A stretch of 64,000 bases of DNA from Sphingobacteriales bacterium (GCA_026391525.1 JAPLEF010000011.1:1527-65526); one strand, 5' to 3'; positions 29,706 through 40,687 are shown, counted from the first letter of the stretch. Notes: generated from the letters alone by a model not told the origin. Made by a program: numbers and translations.

Positions 29706-30329
29706 ATGAAAAAGTTATTGCTGGTTTTTGTGGTTTTTTTTACTTCCGCTCATGCATTTGCCCAATATGAAGAAACAGATGGAAAGAAACCATTATTCAA
29801 AAAAGAAAATTGTTTTACCGGGGGTACCGTTACTTTATCTTTCGGTAACCTTTTTACGGCACTTGGGGCCAGCCCATTTTTTGGATACAGCATCAATAAA
29901 TATGTTGATGTGGCTGCCGGTTTTGGTATCACTTATATTTCACAAAGGGATTATTTTTATATCGGCGACAAAGTAAGGCAAACGATATATGGCCCTACTG
30001 CATTCGTAAGATTATTTCCGGTTAAATTTCTTTTTGCTCAAGCTCAGTATGAATTCAATCTCCAACGGGTGAATTATATCGTGCCACCCAATTCCGGATT
30101 AATCAACGACAAATACAAGTTTGATGCCCATAGTCTGCTCATTGGTGGAGGTATTTCTGGAGGGCGCGATTTTCCCTTTAATAATTCCTACTATTACATT
30201 TCGATTTTATGGGATGTGGCCAATTCGCCTAATTCTCCTTATAAAGACAATCTCATGCGGGCCGTACCTATCTTCAGGGCAGGGTATAATATCGCATTAT
30301 TCCAGGGTAGGGGAAATCAAGAGAGGTAA
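29706..30329 (+). CDS. Outer-membrane beta-barrel hypothetical protein
   Basis: Signal peptide MKKLLLVFVVFF; strand pattern FTGGTVTLSFG...FRAGYNI. Confidence 0.65.
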   Translation: MKKLLLVFVVFFTSAHAFAQYEETDGKKPLFKKENCFTGGTVTLSFGNLFTALGASPFFGYSINKYVDVAAGFGITYISQRDYFYIGDKVRQTIYGPTAFVRLFPVKFLFAQAQYEFNLQRVNYIVPPNSGLINDKYKFDAHSLLIGGGISGGRDFPFNNSYYYISILWDVANSPNSPYKDNLMRAVPIFRAGYNIALFQGRGNQER

Positions 30330-30856
30330 TTGGTTAAATCAAGCGCCCTTTCAAGTACGGTGATTTTTTCATCAGGATGTGCATATAAAAGTTTCTCTTC
30401 ATGCATACGTATGATATGAGCAATCAGATTATCGTAAAAACCGCAGATGTTTAGGATGAAAATGGGTTTGTTATGAATATTCAACTGGTTCCAGGTAAGC
30501 ATTTCAAATACTTCATCGAGTGTTCCATATCCACCCGGAAGAATGATAGCGGCATCACATTTTTCATAGAGCATGAGTTTTCTCGTGTGCATGGTATCTA
30601 CCACCAATAATTCTGTAAGCCCGTTGTGCTGGTGTTCTAGGGAAGATAGCAGGGTAGGGATGATACCGGTTACCGTTCCATTTTTCTCCAGAACTGCATT
30701 GGCTACTGCACCCATCAAACCCTTGTTGCCTCCGCCATAAATAAGTTGTATGCCTTTCTCAGCAAGCAAATATCCAAGTTGTGTGGTTTCCGCTTCAAAT
30801 AATGGGTTCTCTCCACATTTGCTTCCGCAAAAAACAGCCATTGCTTTTATACCCAT
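30317..30856 (-). CDS. LOG family (TIGR00730) nucleotide phosphoribohydrolase
   Basis: AVFCGS, IYGGGNKGLMG, MHTRK, PGGYGTLDE. Confidence 0.93.
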   Translation of the reverse strand: MGIKAMAVFCGSKCGENPLFEAETTQLGYLLAEKGIQLIYGGGNKGLMGAVANAVLEKNGTVTGIIPTLLSSLEHQHNGLTELLVVDTMHTRKLMLYEKCDAAIILPGGYGTLDEVFEMLTWNQLNIHNKPIFILNICGFYDNLIAHIIRMHEEKLLYAHPDEKITVLERALDLTNYLS

Positions 30857-30939
30857 ATGAATTGATTTGATGCAAAGGGAAAACTTTTTTGTTTATCTTC
30901 AAAAATTATTACTTGCAGAAACACTAAACCACAACTCCC

Positions 30940-32448
30940 ATGTCGGCAGGACTCCTGTTTTCATTCGTCATTGGCTATTTCATCTTGTTGTTAATTGTTG
31001 CCTGGTACACTTCCAGAGGTTCTAACAATGAATCTTTTTTTATTGGCAACAAGAAGAGCAACTGGATGCTTGTTGCTTTTGGAATGATTGGTACTTCTTT
31101 AAGCGGCGTAACTTTTGTGAGCGTTCCGGGAGGGGTAGGGTCCGGTAGCTTCTTTTATTTACAAGTGGTGATCGGGTATTTTCTGGGTTATCTGGTTATC
31201 GCTTATGTACTCTTGCCCCTTTATTACCGGTTAAACCTAACCAGTATTTATACCTATCTCGAAAGGCGTTTCGGGGTGAATGCGCATAAAGCAGGAGCTT
31301 CCTTTTTCATTCTTTCCCGTGCAGTGGGGGCAACGGCAAGGCTATATCTTGTAATAAATATCCTTCAACTTTTTATCCTGAATAAACTGGGCGTTCCATT
31401 TGTGGTTACGGCAGCCATTATCTTGTTCATGATTTTGCTGTACACTTTTGAAGGTGGTGTAAAAACCATCATCTATACCGATACCCTGCAAACTACAGGA
31501 ATGTTATTGGGCCTTGTAATCTGCACGATTGTAATTGTAAAAGCATTGGGCACAGATATCAGCGGTGCCTGGCAACTCATGCAGGAAAAGGGTTATACTA
31601 AAGTATTCAATACCGATATCAAAGCAGGTTCTTTTTACCTGAAGCATATTGTTGGTGGCATGTTCATAGCTATCGCCATGACCGGTCTCGATCAGGAAAT
31701 GATGCAAAAAAATATCAGTGTAAAAACACTAAAGGATTCCCAGAAAAACATGATGACTTTCATGGTCATACTTATGGTGGTAAATTTTCTTTTTCTCTTT
31801 CTGGGAGGGATACTTCATCTCTATGCAACACAACATGCTATACAAGTGCCTCCTGATGATCTTTTTCCTACCATTGCACTCAGCGAAGCATTTAGTGGAA
31901 CCATCGGGGTGCTTTTTATAATCGCACTCATTTCTGCGTTATTCCCGAGTGTAGACGGAGCGATCACTTCACTCACTTCCTGTTTTTGTATAGATATTCT
32001 CGGCCTGAACAAAAGTACAGCTAGTGAAAAGCTGAAAAAAAGAACAAGGCTCAAAGTACATATCGGGTTTGCTATATTATTTTTCATCCTTGTGCTGATA
32101 TTCAAAGCCATTAATGATAAACTGATCATCGACTTCATCCTTAAGTTTGCCGGTATCACTTATGGCCCTCTTTTGGGTTTATTTGCATTCGGTATCTTAA
32201 CTAAACGAACCATCAATAACCGCTTCATTTGGACTGTTTGTGTGATCGCACCATTACTGGCATTGGGAATTGATATCATGAGCAGTCCGGAATGGTACGA
32301 GAAAAAGCTTCATGTACAATTGGGTTTAGAGCACATTTCAAAATCTATTTTTAATGGATATAAAATAGGCAATGAATTGATCCTGCTAAATGGGCTCCTC
32401 ACTTTTGCAGGCTTGTTAATCATTTCAAAAAAATCGGACAAAGTATAA
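30940..32448 (+). CDS. Sodium:solute symporter
   Basis: FFIGNK, GMIGTSLSGVTFVSVPG, GLDQEMMQK; many TM helices. Confidence 0.92.
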   Translation: MSAGLLFSFVIGYFILLLIVAWYTSRGSNNESFFIGNKKSNWMLVAFGMIGTSLSGVTFVSVPGGVGSGSFFYLQVVIGYFLGYLVIAYVLLPLYYRLNLTSIYTYLERRFGVNAHKAGASFFILSRAVGATARLYLVINILQLFILNKLGVPFVVTAAIILFMILLYTFEGGVKTIIYTDTLQTTGMLLGLVICTIVIVKALGTDISGAWQLMQEKGYTKVFNTDIKAGSFYLKHIVGGMFIAIAMTGLDQEMMQKNISVKTLKDSQKNMMTFMVILMVVNFLFLFLGGILHLYATQHAIQVPPDDLFPTIALSEAFSGTIGVLFIIALISALFPSVDGAITSLTSCFCIDILGLNKSTASEKLKKRTRLKVHIGFAILFFILVLIFKAINDKLIIDFILKFAGITYGPLLGLFAFGILTKRTINNRFIWTVCVIAPLLALGIDIMSSPEWYEKKLHVQLGLEHISKSIFNGYKIGNELILLNGLLTFAGLLIISKKSDKV

Positions 32449-32456
32449 ATTTTAAC

Positions 32457-33095
32457 ATGGAACTGATCAACCCTGATGCAGAAAAATATGCTTTACGTTA
32501 CAGCACCCAACTGGATGAAATCCTTTTAGAAGATCTCCACTTCACTGAACAGACACATGGCCATGCTCATCTTCATAGTGGGGCTTTACAAGGGAAGATT
32601 CTGGAAAGCATCAGCCGGATGATCAATCCTTTGAATATCCTTGAAATAGGCAGTTTTACAGGGTTTAGCGCATTGTGCCTCGAAAAAGGTATGCAGGAAG
32701 GCGGCCAACTCACTACTATCGAGCTCAGGCCAGATGATGCCGCTAAGGCTGAGGTTTTATTTCATAAAGCTGGTAAGGAACGTCGTATAAAAATGATCAT
32801 TGGGGATGCACGGATAATTATCCCCACCCTGTCAGTAACCTTCAATCTGGTATTCATTGATGCCGATAAGCTTAGTTATATTGATTATTACGAATTAACT
32901 TTGCCTAAGTTACAAGCCGGTGGTTGGATATTGGCCGATAATGTTTTATTTCATGGTCAGGTTTTAGATCACCCGGTAAAAGGGAAAAATGCAAAAGCCA
33001 TTCAGGCTTTCAACGAACATGTAGCCAAAGATTCCCGTGTAGAACAGGTAATGCTCACCGTTAGAGACGGGTTAATGTTAATCAGAAAAAAGTAG
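32457..33095 (+). CDS. O-methyltransferase (family 3)
   Basis: LEIGSFTGFS, FIDADK, ADNVLFHG, VRDGL. Confidence 0.92.
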   Translation: MELINPDAEKYALRYSTQLDEILLEDLHFTEQTHGHAHLHSGALQGKILESISRMINPLNILEIGSFTGFSALCLEKGMQEGGQLTTIELRPDDAAKAEVLFHKAGKERRIKMIIGDARIIIPTLSVTFNLVFIDADKLSYIDYYELTLPKLQAGGWILADNVLFHGQVLDHPVKGKNAKAIQAFNEHVAKDSRVEQVMLTVRDGLMLIRKK

Positions 33096-33098
33096 GAA

Positions 33099-34202
33099 AT
33101 GGGCATGAAACTGCTTTGCTGTATGTTGGTTTGCTTCACCCTCAAGGGCTATGGGCAGCAAATGTCCACTACCAGTTATATTGAAACCTATAAGGAAATG
33201 GCCATTCGTGAGATGAAACGTTCAGGAGTTCCTGCTGCTATCACCCTCGCTCAGGGGTTACTGGAAACGGAAAGCGGCAACAGCAACCTTGTAAAAAGAT
33301 CTAACAACCATTTCGGGATCAAATGCAAAAGCAACTGGACGGGCGAATATGTGTTCCACGATGATGATGAATTGGGAGAGTGTTTCAGGAAGTATGGCTC
33401 GGCTGAAGAAAGTTATCGTGATCACAGCGATTTTTTACGTTGTAATAAACGCTATGCATTTTTATTCGAGCTTAAACCTACCGATTACAAGGCCTGGGCA
33501 TATGGATTAAAAAAGGCTGGTTATGCCACTAATCCACGCTATCCCGATATCCTGATTCGACATATTGAACAATATGAGCTTTATCAGTATAATGAAGATT
33601 ATCTCGAAAAGAACAAAGATCTTGTTGATCATATTGGCAGCAATACGGATAGTATTCATCTCAACCAGGAATCCTCTTCACCAGTTACGGTATTGCAGAA
33701 AACAACTTACAACGGATTAAAAGCCTGTTATGCAGAAAAGGGTACTTCTTTACTGGCCATTGCCAACCGGTTTGATCTCGGGCTATCGAGGCTTCTAGGT
33801 TTTAACGACCTCAAAGCGGATGGATTATTGGCTTCCGATAGCTGGCTGTATCTGGAAAAAAAGCCTAAAGAGGCTAGTGCTGAAACGATTCTCATCAGCA
33901 AAGATGAAAGTATCCACAATATTGCACAACGTACCGGCGTTCAACTCAATAGCATACTTGCTTATAATGGGTTAAATGAAGATGCAAAGGTTTTAACAGG
34001 AACTAGGTTAAGGCTAAAGCCCATCAAGATTGCAAAAAATACGATACCCGTAGATGAGGGATGTATTCACAGGGTGCAAAAGGGTGAAGGCCTCTACGGG
34101 ATTGCAAGGAAATATGGCATCACAACAGACGAGTTGAAATCATGGAACAACCTGTCTGATAATAATTTGAGTATAGGGCAAGTGTTAATCATCTCTAAAT
34201 AA
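33099..34202 (+). CDS. GH73 glucosaminidase with LysM domains
   Basis: ITLAQGLLETESG, NNHFGIKC, GYATNPRY; C-terminal LysM HRVQKGEGLYGIARKYG. Confidence 0.92.
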   Translation: MGMKLLCCMLVCFTLKGYGQQMSTTSYIETYKEMAIREMKRSGVPAAITLAQGLLETESGNSNLVKRSNNHFGIKCKSNWTGEYVFHDDDELGECFRKYGSAEESYRDHSDFLRCNKRYAFLFELKPTDYKAWAYGLKKAGYATNPRYPDILIRHIEQYELYQYNEDYLEKNKDLVDHIGSNTDSIHLNQESSSPVTVLQKTTYNGLKACYAEKGTSLLAIANRFDLGLSRLLGFNDLKADGLLASDSWLYLEKKPKEASAETILISKDESIHNIAQRTGVQLNSILAYNGLNEDAKVLTGTRLRLKPIKIAKNTIPVDEGCIHRVQKGEGLYGIARKYGITTDELKSWNNLSDNNLSIGQVLIISK

Positions 34203-34208
34203 AATCAA

Positions 34209-34751
34209 ATGTCATCAGTACTGGTAAAGGATAAATTTTTTCGCCCATACCTTACTGTTAGTGAAATTTCCATCCAGGTGGAAAGAATTGCTGACGAAAT
34301 AAATGCCGATTTTAAAGGAATGCAGCCATTGTTTCTGGGGATATTGAATGGCTCGTTCATTTTTGCCGCCGACCTGTTCAGGCAACTCACTATTGATGCT
34401 GAAATCTGTTTTATCAAGCTTGTTTCTTATAAAGGAACGCAAAGTACTGGGCATGTGGTTACTTCAATCGGGCTCGATCAGTCTGTGAAAGGCCGTCATG
34501 TAATTATTGTGGAAGATATTGTTGATACCGGTAAAACCTTAAGTGAGTTTTTACCTCAATTGCTCGATCAGCAACCTGCATCATTGAAAATTGCCACTCT
34601 TTTGCACAAGCCCGACGCTTTGGTACATCCTTTGCACATAGATTACATCGGCTTTACCGTTCCCAATAAATTCCTCGTGGGTTATGGACTCGATTATGAT
34701 GGGAAGGGAAGGAATTTTAAGGAAATCTATCAGTTAACGGAAGAAGGCTAA
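34209..34751 (+). CDS. hpt: Hypoxanthine phosphoribosyltransferase
   Basis: LNGSFIFAADL, IIVEDIVDTGKT, FLVGYGLDY. Confidence 0.95.
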   Translation: MSSVLVKDKFFRPYLTVSEISIQVERIADEINADFKGMQPLFLGILNGSFIFAADLFRQLTIDAEICFIKLVSYKGTQSTGHVVTSIGLDQSVKGRHVIIVEDIVDTGKTLSEFLPQLLDQQPASLKIATLLHKPDALVHPLHIDYIGFTVPNKFLVGYGLDYDGKGRNFKEIYQLTEEG

Positions 34752-34807
34752 AGAGTGTTGAAATGCTTTTAGATCAAAAATAGTAAACCATTGATTTACG
34801 ATACTGC

Positions 34808-36580
34808 TTGAAGAAAATCATTACATACCTGTTCTTTATTTTTAATGCAATACCAGCGTTCAGCCAGTACTATCTGCGGGGTGAAGTAAAGGATGAAAAA
34901 AACCAGCCTCTTGCTAACGCAAGGATTTTTGTGCAATCGGCACGTGCTTATTACTTCTCCGGTGCTTCTTCCGGAAGTTTCGGTATCAATGTAAAACTGC
35001 TTTATGATTCTTTGACGGTAACCCTGGATGGATATGAATCGAAATCGCTGAAAGTAAAAACCGATGAATGGCAGACCATCATTTTGAAGGTATCGGCAGA
35101 GGCTGCAAGTAAAGGAAAGCCCAAGCTCATTTCTGTTACCAAAGACCTTAAGCAAACTTCCAGATATCAATTGTTCAACAATGATGAAACCTATTTCCAA
35201 CTTGTGGAAAATGAATTTGTAAATGCCACAACGTATCCAAACACAGGTTTTTCGCTTAATGTGAATAAGGCTTCCTACAGTAATGTGCGAAGGTTTCTAA
35301 ATATGAACAGCGAAGTACCTCCGGATGCAGTTAGAACAGAAGAACTCATTAATTATTTCAATCTTTATTATCATCAACCTGTTGGAGATAGTATATTCAA
35401 TATCGGTACTCAACTTACTTCATGCCCATGGAATAACAACAGGCAATTGCTTTATTTAAATATCAGTGCGAAGAAACTTGACCTTAATAAAGTGCCGCCA
35501 GGAAATTTTGTTTTTCTCATTGATGTATCTGGAAGTATGGACATGCCTAACCGGCTGCCACTCCTAAAAGCGGCATTTCAAATGTTTGTAAAAAACCTTC
35601 GTGCTATAGATACGGTTTCTATTGTAACTTATGGAGGCTATGTGCAGGTATGGTTAGCACCCACTTCCGGGAACGATAAAACGAAGATTCTTAAATCGAT
35701 TGAAGAGCTGGAAGCTGCCGGGGATACGCCAGGCGAATCTGCCATCCGAATGGCTTATCAGGTTGCACAGCGCAGCTTTATCAAAAAAGGCAATAACCGC
35801 ATTATCCTGGCTACGGACGGTGATTTTAATGTGGGTGAAAATTCTGAGAAAGCACTGGAAGAACTCATTACTAAAGAAAGGCAAACAGGGGTTTATCTTA
35901 CCTGTTTGGGAGTAGGGATGGGGAATTTTAAAGATTCTAAACTGCAATCGCTGGCAAAAAAAGGGAATGGCAATTATGCTTACCTTGATGACATCGGTGA
36001 GGCTGAACGGGTGTTGGTAAAAGAACTTACCCAAACCTTTTATGCTGTGGCAGATGATGTTTATTTAACCGTGAATTTCAATCCCGAAATGGTGAAAGAG
36101 TATCGCTTGATAGGGTTCGATAATAAGAAGGAAGCACTTGCCGATAATTCAACCGATCTTGAAGGTGGCGAAATTGGCAGTGGTAGCAGTACCTTGGCTG
36201 TTTTTGAAATTTTACCTACTTCAAAAAATTCGTCTCTTGCTCATTCAGATCGTTCAGATCTTATCGCTCATATGAAATTACAATACAGTTTATGTAATGA
36301 TACTGCAAATCATCATTTGGTTTATCAGGTACCAGCTAATTTCTGCAAAATAGATAGTGTAAACCGTGACTTAAAATTTGCAAGCGCTGTTACGATGTTT
36401 GGATTAAAACTTAAACATTCGAAGTTCATAGAAGGAACAGACTGGGATTATATTGCAACCTTTTCAAAGTCTGCTGCAGACCGGGCAAATTATTTACAAA
36501 ATGAGTTTGTAGGTTTGGTGGATAAAGCCCAAAAATTATATGGACCAAAAACTAAGAAAAAGAAGAAAAAGAAATCTTGA
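34808..36580 (+). CDS. vWA-domain protein (YfbK-like) with N-terminal carboxypeptidase-like regulatory domain; TTG start
   Basis: ASYSNVRRFLN, FLIDVSGSM MIDAS motif, LATDGDFNVG, GNGNYAYLD, EYRLIGFDN. Confidence 0.88.
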   Translation: MKKIITYLFFIFNAIPAFSQYYLRGEVKDEKNQPLANARIFVQSARAYYFSGASSGSFGINVKLLYDSLTVTLDGYESKSLKVKTDEWQTIILKVSAEAASKGKPKLISVTKDLKQTSRYQLFNNDETYFQLVENEFVNATTYPNTGFSLNVNKASYSNVRRFLNMNSEVPPDAVRTEELINYFNLYYHQPVGDSIFNIGTQLTSCPWNNNRQLLYLNISAKKLDLNKVPPGNFVFLIDVSGSMDMPNRLPLLKAAFQMFVKNLRAIDTVSIVTYGGYVQVWLAPTSGNDKTKILKSIEELEAAGDTPGESAIRMAYQVAQRSFIKKGNNRIILATDGDFNVGENSEKALEELITKERQTGVYLTCLGVGMGNFKDSKLQSLAKKGNGNYAYLDDIGEAERVLVKELTQTFYAVADDVYLTVNFNPEMVKEYRLIGFDNKKEALADNSTDLEGGEIGSGSSTLAVFEILPTSKNSSLAHSDRSDLIAHMKLQYSLCNDTANHHLVYQVPANFCKIDSVNRDLKFASAVTMFGLKLKHSKFIEGTDWDYIATFSKSAADRANYLQNEFVGLVDKAQKLYGPKTKKKKKKKS

Positions 36581-36581
36581 T

Positions 36582-37736
36582 TTAGTTGAACATCTCCCGT
36601 ACTTTATCAAAAAATGACTTGTCGTTTTTTTCCGGCTTAGGTTCAAAATTAGCAGAGCGGCTCAATCTCTCCAGTATGGTTTTTTCTTCAGACGATATAT
36701 TTTGGGGTGTCCACACATTGATATGGATCAATTGATCTCCTTTTTCATAACTGTTGATCTGAGGAAACCCTTTTCCTTTTAATCTGAATATCTTGCCGCT
36801 TTGTGTTCCGGGTGGTATTTTTATTTTAGCCCTTCCATCAATGGTTGGAACTTCAATTTGGGTGCCAAAAACAGCATCCGGAAAAGAAATATGCAGATCG
36901 AAAGCTACATTGAGCCCGTCGCGGTGCAACTGTGGATGCGTTTCTTCTTCAATCAATACAATCAGATCACCATTGCCTCCGCCTCTTTCTCCGGCATTTC
37001 CTTTTCCACTGATACTCAATTGCATTCCTTCCTGAACACCTGCAGGAATATCAATACTAACCGTTTCTTCTCCATATACCCTGCCTTCTCCTTTACAGGA
37101 AATACACTTATTGGTTACCGTTGTGCCTTCTCCGCTGCAGGTAGGGCAGGTGGTAACCGTTTGCATCTGACCCAGGAATGTGTTCTGCACGCGCTTTACT
37201 TGCCCGCTACCATTACAGGTTGCACAGGTTTGCATACTGTTCTTATCTTTTGCTCCGTTGCCCTGGCAAGTGCTACATCGTACGTATTTCTTTATCTTGA
37301 TGGTTTTATTAGCACCTTTGGCAACTTCCTCATAATTCATTTTGATTTTTACCCTAAGGTTACTGCCTCTTGTACCTCTGGCTTGCCCACGTCCTCTTCC
37401 TCCACCAAAAAAACTGCCAAAAGAATCCTCACCGAAAATATCACCAAACTGGCTGAAGATATCATCCATATTCATACCGCCGCCATTGAATCCTCCACTT
37501 CTTCCCTGGCCAAATGCATTATGTCCAAAACGGTCGTACTGGGCTTTTTTATCAGCATCGTTCAATACTTCATAAGCTTCTGCTGCTTCTTTGAATTTTT
37601 CTTCAGCCGCTTTATCACCGGGATTCCGATCGGGATGAAACTGCATCGCTACCTTCCTGTATGCTTTTTTTATCTCCTCCTGCGAAGCAGATTTTGAAAC
37701 CCCCAATATCTCGTAATAATCTCTTTTAGTTGACAT
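36582..37736 (-). CDS. dnaJ: Chaperone DnaJ
   Basis: J domain with HPD, G/F region, four CxxCxGxG repeats. Confidence 0.98.
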   Translation of the reverse strand: MSTKRDYYEILGVSKSASQEEIKKAYRKVAMQFHPDRNPGDKAAEEKFKEAAEAYEVLNDADKKAQYDRFGHNAFGQGRSGGFNGGGMNMDDIFSQFGDIFGEDSFGSFFGGGRGRGQARGTRGSNLRVKIKMNYEEVAKGANKTIKIKKYVRCSTCQGNGAKDKNSMQTCATCNGSGQVKRVQNTFLGQMQTVTTCPTCSGEGTTVTNKCISCKGEGRVYGEETVSIDIPAGVQEGMQLSISGKGNAGERGGGNGDLIVLIEEETHPQLHRDGLNVAFDLHISFPDAVFGTQIEVPTIDGRAKIKIPPGTQSGKIFRLKGKGFPQINSYEKGDQLIHINVWTPQNISSEEKTILERLSRSANFEPKPEKNDKSFFDKVREMFN

Positions 37737-37787
37737 GCTATATTTCGGTTGTCCTTAGCAGTTAGTAATATTTTTAACGAAATGAAC

Positions 37788-38345
37788 TTATTTGCCTACC
37801 ACAACACGGGCGAAACGGATGATCTTATCGTTGAGGTAATAGCCTTTCTCGAGTTCATCTACCACTTTGCCTATCAGTTCTTCTCCCGCTTCAACTTCAG
37901 AAATGGCTTCATGTTTCTCCACATCAAATGCGTTTCCTATACTACTCTCACTGTTGAGCCCTTTTTGTTGCAAGATGGTACGCAGCTTATGAAATACCAA
38001 CCGGTTTCCTTCCCTGATCAACTTGAGGTCGTTAGAAGTGTCCATCTGTTTTTCAGCGCGATCACAATCATCAAGTACATCAAGAAGCGATACGATGATT
38101 TCTTTACCCGCGGTTTGTATGAGTTCGATTCTTTCTTTTGCAGTCCTTCGTTTGTAGTTATCAAATTCTGCAAATAATCTCATGTATTTGTCTTTTTGAT
38201 CCTGTAAGGCTGATGTCAGCAGCTCGTTTTCAGTTTCTGCATCCGAAGCTGGGTTGCTTAGATGGTTGTTTCCCGGCACATCTGCATCTGAATTGATGTC
38301 CATCGGCATTTCTGCATCTTCAAAAGTTGATCTGTTATCTTCCAT
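37788..38345 (-). CDS. grpE: Nucleotide exchange factor GrpE (start reassigned to MEDNRS at 38345)
   Basis: RLFAEFDNYKRRT, FDVEKHEAI, GYYLNDKIIRFARVVV. Confidence 0.95.
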   Translation of the reverse strand: MEDNRSTFEDAEMPMDINSDADVPGNNHLSNPASDAETENELLTSALQDQKDKYMRLFAEFDNYKRRTAKERIELIQTAGKEIIVSLLDVLDDCDRAEKQMDTSNDLKLIREGNRLVFHKLRTILQQKGLNSESSIGNAFDVEKHEAISEVEAGEELIGKVVDELEKGYYLNDKIIRFARVVVGK

Positions 38346-38370
38346 AGTTCTGGTTGCGTTAAAATGTTTG

Positions 38371-38378
38371 CAAAAGTA
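38371..38378 (-). promoter_or_regulatory. -7 box upstream of grpE
   Basis: TACTTTTG on the minus strand, 26 bp before the ATG at 38345. Confidence 0.6.
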
Positions 38379-38445
38379 CAATAGACAAACAGTTTGCCAA
38401 TCAATCAAAGCAGCCAAAATGACATTAAAAAATAAAAAAGGGAGA

Positions 38446-38790
38446 TTATTTTACCACCTGAAATTTGCCAGTCTCTAGAATGAGGCCATTTTTATCGCGA
38501 AGCTGAAAAACATAAATTCCACGATAGAAGTCATCAAGATTGATATTGATACGTGGAGCTGTATTCTTTACTTCATAAACTTTTTTACCCATAAAGTTGA
38601 AGATAAGTAGAGAAAAGTTGCTTTCATAGTTACGTTGAAAGTCGAAACTGATAGCAGATGTAGCCGGATTCGGGTAAAACTTCATGAATCTGTTGCTGTT
38701 CAAAACCTGATCTACGCCAAGTCCATTTTGAGCAACAGTGCCAAAACTCATACCAGCCAGAATAAATAATATGAAGCAGAATTTTTTCAA
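38446..38790 (-). CDS. Small protein made almost entirely of a signal peptide plus a T9SS type-A CTD
   Basis: Signal peptide, then KFYPNPAT...IFNFMGKKV...GIYVFQL...KFQVVK. Confidence 0.85.
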   Translation of the reverse strand: MKKFCFILFILAGMSFGTVAQNGLGVDQVLNSNRFMKFYPNPATSAISFDFQRNYESNFSLLIFNFMGKKVYEVKNTAPRININLDDFYRGIYVFQLRDKNGLILETGKFQVVK

Positions 38791-38898
38791 GTAAGTAAAA
38801 ATATTACTTTATGCGTACAAATATGCATAAACTTAGCTAAAATAATGCAAAGAACCAAAATTAAGCTCCTGTATTTTTTCTATCAACTTGTTTATGAG

Positions 38899-39378
38899 TT
38901 ACTTATCTAAACGCTCAAGAGCTTCATTTATTGCATTGAAATCAGGCAGCTCTCCGGCATTTTCCAGAATTTCCATATACTGTATAACTCCTTGTTTATC
39001 AATTACAAATGCCGATCTTTTACTAACGCCTTTTTCATTCACATCCGTTAGAGAAGGATAGATGCTTTCATAAGCTTCTGAAGTGACTTTGTGTGAATCA
39101 CTAAGAAGCTGAAAATTGAGTTGAAGTTCTTCTTTGTATTTCTCCAAAATCGTTACAGCATCCACTGAAATTCCCAAAACTGCTGCATCAGCATGGTTGT
39201 ACCTTGCTATATCATCCCGAACAGCACAAAACTCTTTTGTACAAACTTCTGTAAATGCTTTTGGAAAAAAAAGAACTAGTACATGCTGTTTTCCGTAAAA
39301 ATCGGTTAAACTCACTTTTTGATTTTCCGTATTGTAAAGAGTAAAATCCGGGGCTATTTGTCCAACTTGAATTTTCAT
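38899..39378 (-). CDS. Peroxiredoxin (AhpC/TSA, BCP-like)
   Basis: APDFTL, FFPKAFTEVCTKEFC, RSAFVIDKQG. Confidence 0.92.
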   Translation of the reverse strand: MKIQVGQIAPDFTLYNTENQKVSLTDFYGKQHVLVLFFPKAFTEVCTKEFCAVRDDIARYNHADAAVLGISVDAVTILEKYKEELQLNFQLLSDSHKVTSEAYESIYPSLTDVNEKGVSKRSAFVIDKQGVIQYMEILENAGELPDFNAINEALERLDK

Positions 39379-39436
39379 GAAATTTTTTTGTCAAAGTTTA
39401 AACAATTTTTTTTACCAAAGGTTCAATCATTTTCTT

Positions 39437-39473
39437 AAAACAGCGAACCCCACCTTTCGGCGGGGTTTCTGTT
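39437..39473 (-). terminator. Probable terminator after the PorP/SprF gene
   Basis: aacagcgaacccc...ggggtttctgtt imperfect stem with minus-strand T-run. Confidence 0.6.
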
Positions 39474-39543
39474 ATCCAAACAATCCATAAAAACAAAAAT
39501 CTTCGCTTGTTGGTACAGGACTTTTATTTTCTTATGGTGCGGA

Positions 39544-40572
39544 TTAGAATTTGGGGCAACGAACAGCATCACGGCTGCTATTTTGCTTTGTAAAACATTG
39601 ATAGGTTAGGGCTACTTCAAATCCACCTTGTCCATTACTGCTCGATTTGAGTTCAGAAATATTGGCATCATAACTCACCGAGACGGCAATAGGGCGGCAT
39701 TCGATTTTTGCAACCGGAATCAATGCATCTTTCCACCGGATGTAGGCACCAGCATGGAGTATGTATTTTGGATTTTCACTCTCATCCAGTTTCCAGGAGT
39801 AAAGAGCTCCGCCAACCACTTCCTGATAACTGCCTTGTTTGGAATAATCGGCCTGGAGCGTGAAGAACGACTTATCGGTCATGCTCATCCTTAAGCCTCC
39901 TGAAAATACCCATTTTGGTGTCATCGATTGATCATTGGCGCTATAGAAAGAAATCTTCTTCGCTTTATTGAAATGATGATAAGCAACACCGGCAAAAAAA
40001 TTATTTTGAACATTCTCGCCAATTTGAGAATTGAAACTCATTCCCACAGTTCCATCGAAAAAGGAATAGGATGGCTTTGAAAAGTTTTCCCCATCAGCTA
40101 AACCCGGGTTATACGCAGTTCCATCATATTGAGAATTGGTTGTTATCTTGCTGCGGTCGATTCTTCGTTGCACAATACCACCCATAAAACCCAATGATAG
40201 ATACGTGTTTCTTTCATCACTAAGTGATTTGTGAAAATTGATGGCAGGTAGTACATGGGTAGAGGTAAGTACCGCCGCACCTGCACGGTCGTAGAGGATC
40301 TGGCCGCCAAATGTCATGTAGTCGTCGCCGTAACCAAATGATTTTTTCACTTCTCCACTTAGTGAAGTGGTTTGATAGGGGTCTGTAACACTGTTCCATT
40401 GGGTACGGTAAACCGACTGGATCCGGATATCACCGGAGAAAATACCTGCCAGTGATGGGTTCCTTAAAATAGGTGTTTCAAAAATTTGTGAGAAGTGGAT
40501 ATCCTGTGCCTCTGCTCCAATTGAACTTAGCAGCATGAGTAAGCCACTAATGAGGGGAATGTTTTTTTTCAT
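39544..40572 (-). CDS. PorP/SprF family T9SS membrane protein
   Basis: QDIHFSQIFETPILRNPSLAG, YRTQW, VSYD, terminal CPKF. Confidence 0.9.
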   Translation of the reverse strand: MKKNIPLISGLLMLLSSIGAEAQDIHFSQIFETPILRNPSLAGIFSGDIRIQSVYRTQWNSVTDPYQTTSLSGEVKKSFGYGDDYMTFGGQILYDRAGAAVLTSTHVLPAINFHKSLSDERNTYLSLGFMGGIVQRRIDRSKITTNSQYDGTAYNPGLADGENFSKPSYSFFDGTVGMSFNSQIGENVQNNFFAGVAYHHFNKAKKISFYSANDQSMTPKWVFSGGLRMSMTDKSFFTLQADYSKQGSYQEVVGGALYSWKLDESENPKYILHAGAYIRWKDALIPVAKIECRPIAVSVSYDANISELKSSSNGQGGFEVALTYQCFTKQNSSRDAVRCPKF

Positions 40573-40687
40573 GGGATTGGATGGTGTTTTCAGCGTTGTC
40601 GCTTGTTAAACGGATATTGTTTGTTTTTAGTATCCTGTTGATCTGTGGTTACTAACATCAACGGATAATGATTTTTTTCTTGATTTT

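Noticed and set aside
36801-37697. 298-aa ORF antisense to dnaJ
   Set aside because: Fully overlaps a highly conserved gene, has no recognisable motifs, and is explained by codon bias on the opposite strand
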